Source: Bilabrum cf. latius
Taxonomy: Eukaryota
Assembly: GCA_965178125.1 (NCBI GenBank)
Contig: OZ237740.1
Span: 1,116,001-1,180,000, forward strand
Length of the DNA stretch: 64,000 nt
Direction of reading: 5' to 3'
Part shown: piece after piece, positions 23,371-37,280 of the stretch
Numbering within the stretch: the first letter of the stretch is position 1
Layout of the letters: every line of letters begins with the position of its first letter
Translations under genes and position numbers: made by a program
Notes under the pieces: generated by a model
Database searches by the model: none
What the model saw: only the letters and a program-made list of their open reading frames with translations
Told to the model about the DNA's origin: nothing

Positions 23371-25179
23371 ATGTTTCGGCTAAAGTGCCCTGTACAACAG
23401 TATGAGTGGGGAAAATTGGGATCGAGCAGTGCCGTTGCGAGTCTTGCGGTAAGTCTGCCCACATCATGATCACAGCCGCAATCGCCAAGCTTACATGCCG
23501 TGTAGGCAAATCGTACATGCATTTGTTTCAACGCAGTCGGACGGGCAAGGGATCAAGGTTGAAAATGACAGCCCATACGCTGAGTTCTGGTGAGCAGATC
23601 TTTGTTCTAGTGCCGGGCGCCAGCGCCATTGTGTTTTCGCGAAGCGGGAGGCAAGTTACATCGGAGCGATCCAGGACACCGCAGGTTCGGAACGCATCAA
23701 AAGGGACCGGCCCAAGTCGTTAGCGTAGATGGCAAAGAGAAGGAATTATAGGGTGTTTTGGAATCATCCTCCGCCATTGCAGGACTTGTAGTTGAACCCG
23801 GGAAAACCGCGCTTCCGTATCTGTTCAAGGTGCTGAGCGTCGCAAAGGCACTGTCGATTTAGGCTCACCCGGATAAGAAGCTTGCGGAAGAGTTACACGC
23901 TTCTCGCCCTGACGTGTACAAGGACGACAACCACAAGCCGGAGATGGCAATCGCAGTCACACCCTTCGAAGCCATGTGCGGCTTCCGGAGCGTCGCAGAG
24001 ATCGCAGCGTTCCTGAAAGAGGTGCCGGAGCTGGCAACTTTGATAGGAGAAGAAGGCTGCAAGGCTGTGCACGAAGCGGCGTCGTCATCGGAGACCGGCC
24101 CGGGTGCCTGCAGAGCTGCGCTCAAGGCAGCGTTCGGCGCTCTCGTGGCCCGGTCGGACGAGGAAGTGGGGAAGCAGGTCTCAGCCCTGGTCGGGCGGCT
24201 CACTGCTGTGGGCTTCAAGCCGTCCTCACCAGACGATTTGCTCGCAGACGGTGCGGCCCCGGATGCCTCGTGCATGGCACTGCGGCTCAACGAGCAGTTC
24301 CCCTTGGACGTCGGCGTCTTTGCACCCTTCCTCCTCAACCTCCTGAGGTTGCAACCGGGCCAGGGCGTGTTCCTTGCAGCGAACGAGCCGCACGCATACC
24401 TCGCGGGAGACTGCGTGGAGTGCATGGCATGCTCGGACAACGTGGTGCGGGCTGGTCTCACGCCCAAGCTCAAGGACAAGGACACGCTCGTGAGCATGCT
24501 CACCTATGCGGCGGGGAAGCCCCCCGTCTTTTCGGGGGGGCAGGCCGGACCCAACGGCGAGCCCTTGGGGGCCGGTCTGAGGCGGTACGCGCCTCCAGTG
24601 CCCGAGTTCGAGATTTTGCGGGCGGACGTGCGCAGCCCGGCGGCAGTGGCGGCTGTGGAGGGAGCTAAGGTTGGGGCTGCGGGCGGGGCTGGTGCTGGTG
24701 CAGGGGAAGGGGCTGGTGCTGGTGCAGGGGAAGGGGCTGGTGCTGGTGCAGGGGAAGGGGCTGGTGCTGGTGCAGGGGAAGGGGCAGCGACAGGGGGTGC
24801 TGGGGGTGCTGGTGCTGGGTCAGGTGGCTCCTCTATATTTGCTTGCGGTTCGCTGAAGCTGCCGAAGGTTCCCTCTGCGGCAATCGTGCTGGTGATCGAT
24901 GGGAGCGGAATGGCTCGAGCCAGCGCCACTGAGGGCGGTGGGGGTGAAGGGGCCAAGGCAGCTGGGGCAGCCGGAGCGCAAATGCTAGGGAAGTGGGGGC
25001 CCGTGTCTCGAGGTTAGGTGTGGCTGCAATCGGCTGGAACCGAACTGGAGATCAAGTGCGATGAGGTGGAAACAGCTGCTGCGAGTGCAGCCAGTGCGGA
25101 GGGGGGCCCCGTGGCGCACGGTGCAGGGGCCCTCGTGGTGTACCGGGTGCACGTGAATGCTGACAAGTGGGGCAAGTGA
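23371..25179 (+). CDS. MPI: Mannose-6-phosphate isomerase, type I
   Basis: Motifs QQYEWGK, PYAEFWFGTH, LFKVLSVAKALSI[TAG]AHPDK, YKDDNHKPEM, NEPHAY and SDNVVRAGLTPK. Introns 23449-23536 and 23590-23684, 3 TAGs, TGA 25177-25179. Confidence 0.96.
24685..24780 (+). repeat. 24-bp coding tandem repeat x4 (GAGAGAGE) in PMI
   Basis: ggggctggtgctggtgcaggggaa repeated four times exactly. Confidence 0.95.
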
Positions 25180-25349
25180 TTAGGGATGACTTCGACTTCA
25201 TATTGCTTCGAGCACCGGATGCGTTCAATTTCACGTCACTGCGCGGCCAACAGTGGCACTGCAGCGGGACTGCCTGCGGCACCGTCATCACGCGCGTGAT
25301 GATAGCTTTTGAAAGTTGCTGGAAATGGTGCACCCGCTGCAGCTACGCG

Positions 25350-26330
25350 ATGGACACGCCATACGACGAAGCAGATGTAATTGAAATCCTGGAAGCGGCT
25401 CAAAGCCTGTACTTGGTGCAGCACCCTGCAAGGGAAGGCACCGTCGAGAGCTACTACTTGGCCAGCTCAGTATTCGAAGACCCTTTAGTCTATGCAGCAG
25501 GCCAGCAAGACATTGCAGCGAATTTCAGAGCAATTGGGTGGCTAGCACATGCATCTTCGGTTCAAACCTGGGACTGGTTCTTTAGTGCTGAAGGCGGTGC
25601 AATGGACGAACCAACGTGCTGCAGATAGATGAAAATTGCCTCGTCTAGAAAGTCGAGTGGGCTCTCAGGAACGCTGAGGATAGACCACACTGTAACCTTC
25701 TATACACTGCTAGGGTTTTTGCCTGTCCCCCTCCGAATATTAGTGAGACCGCGCCGAGCCGTGATGCGTCCTTGACCGTCCCGGCTCGAAAATCCAGACC
25801 TTTTAAACCTGTGCTGTGAATGCTCCTCGCAGACAATTTTGTATGTTGTGAACGGCCAAATCGTTAAGCATAAAGACCTGTGGAGCGTGGCAGACCTCGC
25901 TGCACCGTTCAGTCTAGTTGCTGCTCTGTACATGCTAGCTAGGCAAGTGACAGGTGCAGCTGTTGGGCTCATCGCCTGGGTGCTCAGCATGAGTTCTCCC
26001 ACAACGCCACCATAGTACAAGCATGGAGGTCACGCCTACGAAACACCGGAACGGCGAAACCAGGACGAGGGCTCCAGTGGAAGCACGGGAGCCGCCAGCG
26101 GAAGCAGCGCCGCATCTCCTCGCTCTCCTCGCTTTGTCCTCCAGATGGAGCAGGACTCGAGAAAACGCCCGCGCGGCGCAATAGCGCGGCGGACGAAGGC
26201 AAGGGCGCCCTCAAGCCTTTCAGGTCCCGGAGACCCGACGCCAGCAGAAGCCCAGCCCAGCGTTCCGACACAGAGTCGCAGGGCGGTGCTCAGCCGCCGC
26301 AGACAGTCATCAGCGAGATCGAAAGAATGA
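25350..26330 (+). CDS. SnoaL/NTF2-fold-like protein
   Basis: YY..SSVFEDPLVYAAG..DIAANF and NGQIVKHKDLWS fit an NTF2-like fold. Intron 25743-25832 (GTGAG..CGCAG), 2 TAGs, TGA 26328-26330. Confidence 0.65.
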
Positions 26331-26454
26331 GTGGTCGCAGCTGATGCTCATGTTGTTTGATTGTTGACCTGTGCATTGATGTTGTTGCCTAGCGGCAGTA
26401 TTGCGATTGCTTTGCACCCCATGTCAACCCGTTCATCCACCCGACCGATCCGAT

Positions 26455-29400
26455 TCACATGTGAATGGACACTCCCTTGACCTTGACTCGCAGCTGCCTC
26501 CTCTCCTTCCTCGTCTCCTTGCGATGATCCCGCATCCTGGCGAGGTTCTCGGGGCGGAAACGCCACCCCAGGGGATGCTCGGGCACAAGCGGGTGCCAGA
26601 TATCCAGGTCCCGGCACCGGTGCCGCAGAAGCTTGGCGTAATGCTCCGGGCACTTGATGCCGCGGTCCTTCATCTCGCGCAAGACATCCACGGCGTCCGC
26701 GATGCGATAGTCCCTGGCATACCCGTGCACCAGGCAGCCGTATGTCACTGCCGACGGCTGCATGCCCACGGCCTTGGCAGTCTCGAGCAGGCTGTGGGCG
26801 TCTTCCATCCGCCTCAGCTTCATGTTCATCTTCACGAGGTGTTGCACCGTGTGCTCGTCAGGAGTCCTGTCCCACCGGGCGAACTCGGATTTGATAAAGC
26901 CGTATGCTTCGTGCGGCATGAGAGCATTCGCCAGCCCCAGAACCATGACGTTGAGCGTCACCGTGTCGGGCTGCAAGCCCTGCTCCACGAGCTCGTCGTA
27001 CACCTGCTGCATCCCAAGCACGAGCAGTTTGCGGGCCTTGGGCTCGTCGTGCTGCGGGAGGTCGATCTCCGACCACTCCATGCCTCCAAACGTATGCCTG
27101 CTCAGCTGCTGCAGTGCCTTGAGCCGCAGCTCGCCGGTCGAGCCGGGCTGCACGAGCTCTCCCAGCTGCTCTCTCGCACCCTTGATGCGCTTGCCGTGCG
27201 AGCTCAGCACCCCGGCCGCGTCGCCCGCACGCAAGAGCTCGTTCACCTCGGCATTGGATCCCCTCGCGTCCCCAGTGATCTCGAGCGCTTCCGTGTCTCC
27301 GCCCACCCGGGCAACAATGTCGCGGGTGCGGTCCACGGCGCGCACGATGGCGTCCAGTCGAGCGGGGTCGGCGGAGATCCCTGCGCTCCCGTCCGTGAAC
27401 CCCACTGCAACCTCCGCTCCCTTGCCGGTGTTCCCTGCTTGGAAGGCCTCGTTCTCGAGATCGTCGTGCTCGCCCCTGCGACTGCGACCAGCCCCCGCCT
27501 CCAGCTGCAGGGGAGCCGCCCCTCCGCCGGCACCTTCCTGCAGCAGCGTGTCCCCTCCAGTTGCACCCAGCAGTCCTTCCGTCCCGACCGCGCCGCTCCC
27601 TGCCAGCGCAGCCAACGACTCCCTGGGCTCCAGGCCCTGCTGCCGGCTCGCATCGATCACCGCCACGTGATGCGGCGCCGGCCTGCCACTCGAACCAGTG
27701 CCAGCCAATGCATCGAGCACTTCATTTCTGCCGGTCGGAGAGAGCAACCCCTGCAGGAGCGCCCGGGCCGTGGCTGAGTCGCCCCTGCGGTTCGCCTCGT
27801 CTGCGCGCCGCACCGCCTCGCGCACGTCCTTGCCCGTCGCCTTGTCTTCCAGCAGATGAGCGAGGTCAAGGTCATCGGCTTCCAGCCTACGGACGCCGAG
27901 CAGGGCGTCGATCAGGCTGTGCTGCTCACCGTGCTTCTTGCGCTTGCGGCGGTGCTCCAGCGATTCCGTGGCCCGAGATACGGCCTGCTCCACGGGCCCG
28001 ACGCTGGCGGGGTCGTGGTCAGCCTCGTACTCGCGGATCGCGTCCCCGTACTTGTCGTCGATGTCGCGCCGCTTCCTGGCGAGCTTCTCCGCCTCTCGCC
28101 GCTTGGCGTGGAACTCCTCGCGCTCGTCCTCACTGAGGTGCGAGTCCGCTGCATCGCTTAGGGACGCTTGCCCCATGCTGCCGATGCCAACTCGAGCGCC
28201 GTGCGTCCTGCCGCGCTTGCCATCCTCGCCCAGAGCATCGCGCTGCCGCCTGCGCTTCTCCGCCTCTGCGACCCCTTTGCTGATCCCGCTAATGTCGGCA
28301 AACTCGTCCAGGTCTGAGTCGATGTCAGAGGGGATGCTTGCGGCTGAATTCGCACCGGGACCCTCCCGAGCGACGGCGAACACGTCCTCCGAGCCAGACG
28401 AAGCGGTCCCGTCGGTCTCCGCCCCATCCATCGCGTCGTCCCCGGACGAGGCCTCACTCTCTCTGTCTACCGGGGCTCGGTAGCTGGCCTCGAGCTCGGC
28501 CATCCTTTGCATGGACTCGAGCTCCTCGTCCGCTTTGATTTCCGCCCGTGTCTCCATCTTCTGCCGCGAGGTTTGCTCCCCCGACATGGCGGCACTCAAC
28601 CGCTCCAACTCGCTGTCGTGAGCCATTAAATCCTAATCCTCCGCATCGGAAGCGCCGCGCTTCGCCTGCTGCTCGCCCCCGAGCACAACAGTGCCGTCCT
28701 CCAGCGCCTGCCTGGCACCGGCACCCATGGGCACTTCGCCCTGCGTCTCTGGCACGTCGACTTTGTACCCGCTCCTCCTCGACTTGCTGCTGCCGCTCGC
28801 TGCCGCTGCGTCGGGATTCACGGAGAGCAGTCTGTGCACGCCAGGCTGCAGCTTGGGCTCCTCGCCGCCAGTACTTGCCTCGGGCTCCAAGTCTGGCTGG
28901 TCCTGCTTGTCTTCGCGCCGCGTCTGGCTCGCAGCGACGCGCGATCTTTTCTTCTTGGCTAGCTTGGGGGACGGTTTTGCAGCTTTCTCTCCAAAGAAGG
29001 TTCGCATCGCTTCGTCCTTCTCGAAGCTGAGCCCGTCACTTTCGCCCGTCTGACCTTCTTCGCTGAGCCCTGCCTCGTCCCGCACCTTCACCATCGCCAT
29101 GCGAGTCTCGACCGGGGTGTCGCTGTTCCGCACCTGGAACCCCTTTCTCTTCAGGAGAGCTTGCTTCTCCTCCGGCTGCAGCTGGCCGTCTCTGGTGAGC
29201 CCTGCCTTCGACATGAGCCGGTCCAGGTATGCCTGCGCCGTGGGGTTGAGTCCTGAGCTCGCCGAGCGATCCGCGCTGTCTGCATCGTGCACGCCACCCA
29301 AGTGAGACGGTGAGTCCCGGCGGGGGCGATCCACGGAGCTACCAGATCCGCCATCGGCCGATTTCTTCGTCGCGCTCGCAGTGGTGCTGACTCCAACCCC

Positions 29401-32400
29401 ACCTGCAGTGGAGCTTCCTGCTTCCTGCGGTGCAGCCTCCTCCCCTAGTGCTCGACTCACGAGCATTTGCGACAGCTCCACTCTTCGCCTGGCCTCCGCG
29501 GCGATATCCCTCAGGCGAGCTCGGTCCCCCCTGGCCAACCGCTGCGCCTTCTGGGCAGTCACAGGGTCGAGCCTCGCCGCCGCCTTGGGCCGCTCGCCCT
29601 TGGATCGGGTCAGGGACTTGGGGCGGGGCACCAGCTTCTGCTCCAGCGGGGCCCGGCCGCTCCTTCGCCGGCGCACAAGCCCCGGGGCCCCGGCCTGCGT
29701 GGGGCGCGCCACCGTCTCAAACACGTACCCGTTCTGATCCACGACCTGCAGGGGGTCGTAACCGGCCCAAGGCAGCTCAGAGTCAAAGCACGCGCCGTGG
29801 AGGGCATCTCCGTCCGCCACGCCCACGTCACCCCGCACGGCCGGCAGGATGGATTCCGTTGAGTCCCACAGCGTAGGCGGTGTCAAGTCGGCGGCATGTA
29901 GCGTTGCCACTGCGTTCATGCGGCGCTCTATTGCCATGGATGGCTGTGCGTCCTTGTCACCATCGGCAGAGCCCGCTTCTTCGCCCAGCTCGGGCGGCAC
30001 GACTGACACGTTGTCAGCGACAGGCACCTTATCTGCTCGGCGCCGTGCGGAGCGCATGCCCGCACCTTCCCAGTCCTGGCGCGCATCACCCTCACTGTCG
30101 CTGACACTCGACACCGCCTGCACCTTAGACCTAGGATCCGTGCTTGCTGTTGGAGACGAATCCACGGAGCTGCGCTGGCCCGGCGTGCTGCCCTCACGCT
30201 AGGGCCCCGATCCCACCGATTCGACACCCTCCACTTCAATGACCCGCGAACGGCCCGCTGCAACAGATGCCCGCATGGACTGCGTTCTTGCAGTCATGGC
30301 CGCGCCTGTAGCCTCTTTGTCCACCAGTTCGGCCATGGAGCTCATCGTTCCGTGCTGCAGGTCGTCCTGCATCGCAGCCGCGAAGGCCTTGGGGTCAGAG
30401 GGGAGCGAGTCGAGGTCAGCCAGCTCTTGCTGCACCTGGACCCCCGACAGCATATCGGCAGCCTCCTACGATGGAGATGCGGAGGGCCGCTGGGGAGGCA
30501 TGGGGTCGAGCGGGGCTCCGGGCACTACCTCGATCGGCACCGGGGGCAGCATGTGGTTGGGCATCTCCTCGATGGGGGGCAGCTCATAGGCAAGGACCTC
30601 AGCAAGGGTCATTGTCTCAGCGCCGGGGACCTGTAGATCCACGAGTGCCTGCCGCATGCTGGCTACAGCGGAGGAGGACCGCATCACGTCTCTCAGCTTG
30701 TCTTCCTTGTACTCTGCAGCAGGGTCCAGACCTTGGAAATCGTCGTTGCGGCGCCCTCTGACAACGTCCTGCACGAGCTCCCGCACCTCCCGCATGGCCG
30801 GGGTCAGCGCCTCGGCGGATCGCAGGCCGGTCCTCGGGTCTCCCACGCCCATCACTGCGTCCAACACGTAGGATGAGTCCGACATGACCGGGTCCTCGTA
30901 GTCGGTCGTGACGTCGGACTCGTCGGCTAGTTTCAGCTGCTGCCTCTTCCGCTCCAGCTCCAGCATCTCCTGCAAGCCTGACCCTTTCTTTCCAGAGGCG
31001 AGCTGGTGCTGCAGCTGCGCCGCGTGAGGGTCAATTTGGCCGCCCGTGCTACCCCCTGCGAAGCCGCTCATGGCGCTGGAGGCGTGGTCGGCCATCGCCG
31101 CCACGGTGCCAAAGTCAGGGGCCAGCGCCTCGATAGCCATCATCAGCCTCTCCTGCTCGTTCACGCTCGTCTGCTGCCGCAGCAGCTCCTCGGCCATGGG
31201 GTTCTCCGGGGTCAGGTCCTGCATCTTCCTTGGGTTGAGAGCCTCGACGTCGCCATCGAGGAAGTCCGCCAGCGGGATCCCGTTGATCATCACCCTGGAC
31301 GCGAACTCTGCCATCCTCTCCGTGGCACTGTGCGAGTGCTCGTCCGCCCCGAGCTGCAGCTCCCGCATTGAGTCCCTGGCCCACGTGAGGATCTCCATCT
31401 TGACCTCGTCGGGAACATCCCGGTTGCTGGCTTCCAGCGCGGCTGCGGCCGGGCGGCTGTAGGTGGTGGGCACATTGGAGAGGCCGGCAAGGGCTGGGTT
31501 TCCCGCAGCCGCGATGGGAGCAGGGTCGGACCGATCCACTGGCTGTGCTTCAACCACCGCACCATCGAGTGGGGTGTTCTGCGGCATGCCTGCGTGCACA
31601 CTGCCATCTCCAACCGGCCGCGACACGTGCAGTATCCTGGGTGCGTTTGTGGCCCCGTCTCTTGACAGGTGCGATACCACGACCTCGGGGTGAAGTTCGC
31701 GGTTGGTAGCAACGGGCCGAGAAGATCGCTCGCTTACCTGTCCACCTACTGAGGCGCCATGCGCTGGCTGCTCCTGCAGCTCCGTCGCACCCGGGACGGC
31801 AGTCCCCCGCTTGCCGAGCATGGCGGCCAGCACCTCCAGCCGGCGACGGATGGCAGCCTCCCTTCTATCTTCAACCGACCCAACGCGTGCACCGGCAGCC
31901 TGGTCGGACTCATGGTGCATGCCATCGGTCTCTGAGGATGCCACCCGTGCAGAGGTGGCGTCGGTGCCACCCCTGCCCCCCACCTCACCGGAGGAACCCA
32001 GTGCCTCTGCCGGAGTCATGCCCGGCCTGTCGTTCCCCAGGACCTCTTGGGCCACCTCCGGCTCCAGCTCGCCTGCCTGTGCCAGCAGCACGGCAATGTC
32101 CTTCTCCCGCTGCCCGAACTGCCCCTTTGGAGCCGCCTTGATGGCGCGCTGGAGAGACTCTCCGACTGCACCCAGCTTCGAGGCGGCTTCTCGCACGCTG
32201 TCGGCAACGGCCGCATCCAGTCCTCCGGCCGACTCCTGCAGCTGCTCTATCTCCTTGAGCTCGAGGCCCAGCGGCTCCCCGTCGGCGGACCGCGCGCCCT
32301 CCGCGCTGCCGTAGGCCCCCTCGTCGTCCCTGACCTTGAGGAGCCCTTCCCGCTCCCTGTCCGCCTCGTCCATGGCACGGCGGTCCTGCAGCTTCTGCGC

Positions 32401-35400
32401 GCCGCCGGGGACCAGTGCGGACACCCGCTCGTGCTCCCTGATCCTGGACTCCTCCAGCTCTTTGTCCTCCCGGTCCCACTGCCGGTGCGAGAGCTGTTCC
32501 TCCAAGCCCTCCACCTCGAGCGCGAGGGTGCCGTCCGCAGGGTGGTCCAGGCTCATGGCCATGGCGGGCTTGCCACCGAACACACTAGGAGAAGCCTCGC
32601 TGTCGCTGGCCCCCGCTGGCGTGGCCAAAGTGGGCATCTCCCACCCGGTGGTGGCGTGGGCAAACGGAATGCGATCTTCCTGCAGCACTTCTCGGGCCAC
32701 GGCTGCCTGCCGCTCCTCCTCCGACACGTTTCCGTCCGAGGCGGGGGCCTTGGCGATTGCGTCGATGATGTCGGGCGCCCTCTCCGCGCGGCCCCCGTCC
32801 TCGCGCACCCCGAATCGGTCTTCCCTGCTTGCCAGCCTGGTGGCTTCGTCTTCCATCCCCTCGACGATTCTGGAGCGCATCTCCATGGTCTTGCGGCGCG
32901 CGTCCACGCTGTACTCAGCGCCGGGCAGCAGGTGCGGCCTGGGCCTTTCAGCGTCAGATCCGCTGCTGCCGTCCTCAGAATCTCCCACCAGAGGGCCGAT
33001 GGTGGAAGCAGAGAGCGACTCGAGCACGTGCGCCGGGGCGATGCGCGACACCGCGCGAGAGCCGATGGCACTGGCAGCGTCTGAGCCAACATCGCCCAAG
33101 CTTGGCCCTTCCTCCTGCTGCGAGGACCCCAGCGAGCTCTCGCCCGCCCGAGCCAGACGGAGCGCCGCCCTCGCCGCCCTCCGCCGGTCAGCCGCCGAGA
33201 CGCTCTCGGCCGTGGCTGGGTTGGCCCTGCCCTCGGCCACCCTCCTCACGGCTTCTTCGTACCTGGCTGTGCTCTGCTCGCGGACGAGCCGACTCGCCAG
33301 CTGCATCATCAGGCGCTCCTCCTCGGCGTCCACGTCGGGGAAAAAGCCGCGAGGCAGGCCCAGGATCTTCTCGGCGGCGCCCCTGGCCTTTTCCGCAGAG
33401 GCCTCTCCGTCCGAGGTGGTGGCTGTTTCGTACCCCGTGACGCCCGCTCGCTTGCGCCTCTTGTTGCGCTGCCTCCTCAGGACCTCCTCGGTGCTGATGG
33501 GCTGCTCCCCTTCCATGACCCTGTGCACCATCTCCATGTGGGCCTCCAGCCGCTGCCGCTTGGCCCTCCGCCGAAGCAGGGCGGCCACGTCGGGGTCGTC
33601 CGACGAGTCGTACTCCGTCTCCGTGTTGGGCCGCCCGTTCACCTGCTCCCACTCGTAGTCACCGATCGCGCCCTCGCTGAACCCCGCCTCCTCCAGCCGC
33701 TTGCGTGCCTCCTTGTGCCTGGGGTCCAGCAGCACCTCGTGGTACGACTGCAGCCCGTCCGAGTCCGAGGCCCAGCGGTCTCGGCCCGGCTCGCGGATTG
33801 AAAGGTCCGCGGGGCCATCCCTGGGCTTGCCGTTGATGAGCTCGTCCGTGTCGGTCGAGTCCGACTGGTCCGCCTTGACCCTGCCGTTGCGGTCCCTCTT
33901 CATGTCCGGCTCCAGGCCCAGCTTCTGCCGCTGCGAGGCGGACAGCTGCATGTCCACCGCCTGCTCCTTGTCGTAGTAGTAGTGCACGAGCCGCTGCGCA
34001 AGCTCGGCCGCGCCCTGCCTCGTGCCCGGCATGCGAAACGACGTGATCTGTCCCCGCTCCCGCTCCAGGTCCGAGGCCGCCTCCGTCTCGCCGCCCACGA
34101 TGTTGCCCTCAGAGTCCACCTCCACCAGGCCGGACCGCCCATTCTCGCCGTGCTGCAGGCTCAGCAACCTCTCCCCTGCGCCCCTATCCCTCACAAGATC
34201 CCTCATCTCGTTCCACTTCTCCTTGGCGTCCTTGTGCTCCAGCTGCGGCCCCTTGCCCACCTTGTCCACCCCGCGGGCGTACGTGGTCAGCAGCGTATTG
34301 AAGGTCTCCCTGTTCGGCCTTAAGCCCTCCACCGCCATCTTGCGTAGGTAGCCCCTGGCCCTGTTCACGTCCCCGCGGTGGGTGCACGCCAGCAGCACAG
34401 CTCGGAAGGCACGCTGGTCGTGCTTGAAGCCGGCCTCCTCCATCTGGTTGAACAGCTCGTGCGCTCGCATGTAGTGCCTGTAGGAGCGGGCCGCCGCGTA
34501 TATCATCGCGCCGTACGTGCTGTGCGTGGGCTGCACGCCGCTGAACTTCATGTCCTCGAACAGCTTCAGAGCCAGCTCAACGCGGTCCTGCCTGCCGAGC
34601 CCGTATATCATGGTCGTGTACACGGCTGCGTCTGGACTGACATCGACCGAGTCCATCTGACGGAAGAGAGTCAGGGCATCGTCCACACGCCGGTGCTGGA
34701 TGAGTCCGTGCAGCGCGGTGTTGTACATGCCAGGAGTGGGCATGACCCCCTCCTGCCTAGCCTGGGACAGCAGCTTGAGGGCAGCGTCAGGCTGCCCCGC
34801 TCGGTTCGCCGCGTGCATCAGTGTGCCGTAGGTGACGGCGTCCGGCTCGATGCTCGCTTCCCGCATCGAATCCAGCACGGACAGGGCAGCCTCAAGGTTG
34901 CGCTGCCCGGCGCACGCGTTGACGAGAGAGTTGTACATGGCTGCGGTTGGGTTCCTGCCGTGCTCCAGGAAGCGGCGAACCAGGTCAATGGCGTCTTCGA
35001 ATCGGCCGTGCACGCCCAATGCGTGGATGGCATTAAGATACAGAGCGTCGGTTCGGCTATCGTAGGGCCGGGTGCTCGCTGCTTCGGCCAGCGCCCGGTC
35101 GGGGTCTACATTGAGCCAGCCTACGATGCACGGGGGACCGCGACAATAATGCAGATTTCAGTGAAACGGACAAATGGACGCGATACCAAGAGGCGAGACA
35201 AAGGTTGTAGCACAAACTCACGTTCGCGGGAGCGTGGGTCGGCATGCTTTGGTTTTACGAGCAGGTCGATTGCCATGTTGGTCCTCCTGTCCACCTCCTC
35301 TTGCTCTGCTTTACTGCGTTCTGGAAGCTATAGAGCGGGTCGGGGAGCCGGATTAGCCTCTCTATATTCTTGTAGTTCTTTTCTGCGCCTTCTCTTTGCC

Positions 35401-35702
35401 TTTTTGCTCCTGTGCTTTTTCCACTACACCTGCCTCTGCGGCTTCCCGGTCGTGTGGCGCTTTTCTGATCTCGCTGATGTATGAATACCAGAAGATTGCG
35501 ACATTTGTCTACGACTGGTCATGTGCGAAGTCGAATTTCCCGCGGGTGCAAGCCTCAGGCCTGTTATGCTTGCAGTCGGCTGCGTGATTGCAGTTGTTTG
35601 ACATGCTGCCCGGTGCGACCGCCGTACCGACGGCTCCAACAATATTTCAACTGATCGGATCCCCGTGGAGGTCAAGAATCTAGACCTTAACCCCGAATGC
35701 AT
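26455..35702 (-). CDS. Giant pentatricopeptide-repeat protein (~3048 aa), probably mitochondrial
   Basis: Four track ORFs join through TAG at 30466, 30199 and 28633. A 5' exon has TAG at 35424 and 35328, followed by intron 35121-35221. PPR blocks near both ends (e.g. PDAVTYGTLMHA, PSAVTYGCLVHGY). R/S/T-rich N-terminus. TGA 26455-26457. Confidence 0.85.
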
Positions 35703-35830
35703 CGCCAGTCGATTCAATAATTGTTGCGTGCCAGGCACACGTCGGTGCTCCAACAGGGATGATGTGCTCCGAATCGGATGCCTCACACCGCGATTTCTCT
35801 CGCCATCTTCTCCAGACACAGCAAGCAGCA

Positions 35831-36128
35831 ATGCTTGACTGGATTCGAAATCAGTTTCTGTACTACGAGGTTATCACTGGAGCTTACTCCCTGTCGCTCG
35901 GAGAGAAGATTTGTTTCAGTGAGAATGAGCAAAGGAATTGTCGCTCTCGGCATCGTTTTCGCCGCACCGACGGCACTGACGGCCGCCTTTTCATCCGCTG
36001 TCGCAGACGGAGTTGTACTGGTATGCACAGGAGTGGCAGTTTATTCGACGTATGCTGTCCTGGCACCTGTCGTTGGCCTTGAAGCTGACATCGGACTGTT
36101 TGGTGGCACTATCGCCGGTGAAACATGA
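35831..36128 (+). CDS. Serine palmitoyltransferase small subunit-like protein
   Basis: MLDWIRNQFLYYEVITGAYSLSLGEKICFN|GVVLVCTGVAVYSTY matches the SPTss pattern. Intron 35919-36006, TGA stop. Confidence 0.7.
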
Positions 36129-36350
36129 CCCCACGAAGCAATGAAAGCCGCGTTTCTAGCGGAAATGAGCCAAATGCTAATACCTAGCAGTCATTGTTCG
36201 CGGCATTTGCTTCCTATTCGAGACGGAACGATCTGGTTGGCAATTTCGAATCCGTTGGAAGCAGCAATTCCAATCACGCCAGCAGGTTGCGGAAGGAAAA
36301 TTTGGGTATAGTATTAAATGAAATGCAAGCGTAATTTTACATATTTAGGA

Positions 36351-37280
36351 TCAAGCGCTCTTTCTTGTGCCCATGTACCGCCACATGTGCAAGACCTGCC
36401 ACACGGCGCACAAGACAAGCACAACAATCTGAGCTATCGACCACCACTTCACCCTGTCATTCGTTTTCTCCGTCTCGTCCCGGAACTCGATTTCCCTAGA
36501 CCTCTGATACTGCTGTTCTCGCTGGATGTCTACGGCTTTGTCGTTCAACTTTCTCATCTCGACTTCGAGGCTGGACAGGTGCTCCGTCTTCGCAACCTCG
36601 CTGTAGTCGATGGCCATCTCTCCGATATTGATGGTGAGATCAAACCTCTGCGCGCGCAAGGAATCGTAAAGCAAGGGATGCTGGGGACTTGCACTCGGTT
36701 GAGGCGCGCCGAGAGTCTGAACGCGACCCGAATGCGGATACTTACGAATGTTCGAGGAGACGACATCCATCGTGAGCTTCTCGTAGAAATGCAGATGGTG
36801 TGTTCACCCTGTTTCTGCGACGTAAACGCCACTTTTCCCTGCGAGACAGCGCACTACGAGCAGGTGACCACCAACCAATGCAACTAGCGACGCCCAAGCA
36901 CGGAGCATTCCGCAGCTCGACCCCTCCTCACCTTTGAATCAGCTTCTCTTGAAAGAACTTCGACCCCACTAGGATCCGAGACGGTCACCAAAACTGTCTG
37001 TGGGGGCCGAGGTGACGCATTGCTAGTGCTTGAAGCATGCAACTCAGTACAGGAGACACGAGGGATCAGCGGTGCGGCCACACGGGAAGCTACTCACGAC
37101 CTTTGAATCTGGGGATGCATTCGAAGCGTCAGGATTCTCGTACATGGCTACAACGAGCGTATCCATCGGTACCTCCTCGAGAAAACAGCGTCGCTTGCCC
37201 TCCTCGAGCTTAAAATACATGCCGTCCGCAAATGTCAGAGCACACGCAGCTAAAACAGCAATGCATAACCGGACCTACAT
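36351..37280 (-). CDS. p24/TMED (emp24/gp25L) cargo receptor, 212 aa
   Basis: Signal peptide starting ATG-TAG, then MYFKLEEGKRRCFLEEVP, GEHTIC and EQQYQRSREIEFRDETEKTNDRVKWWS plus a TM segment. Introns 36998-37097, 36839-36931 and 36648-36745. TGA stop. Confidence 0.93.
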
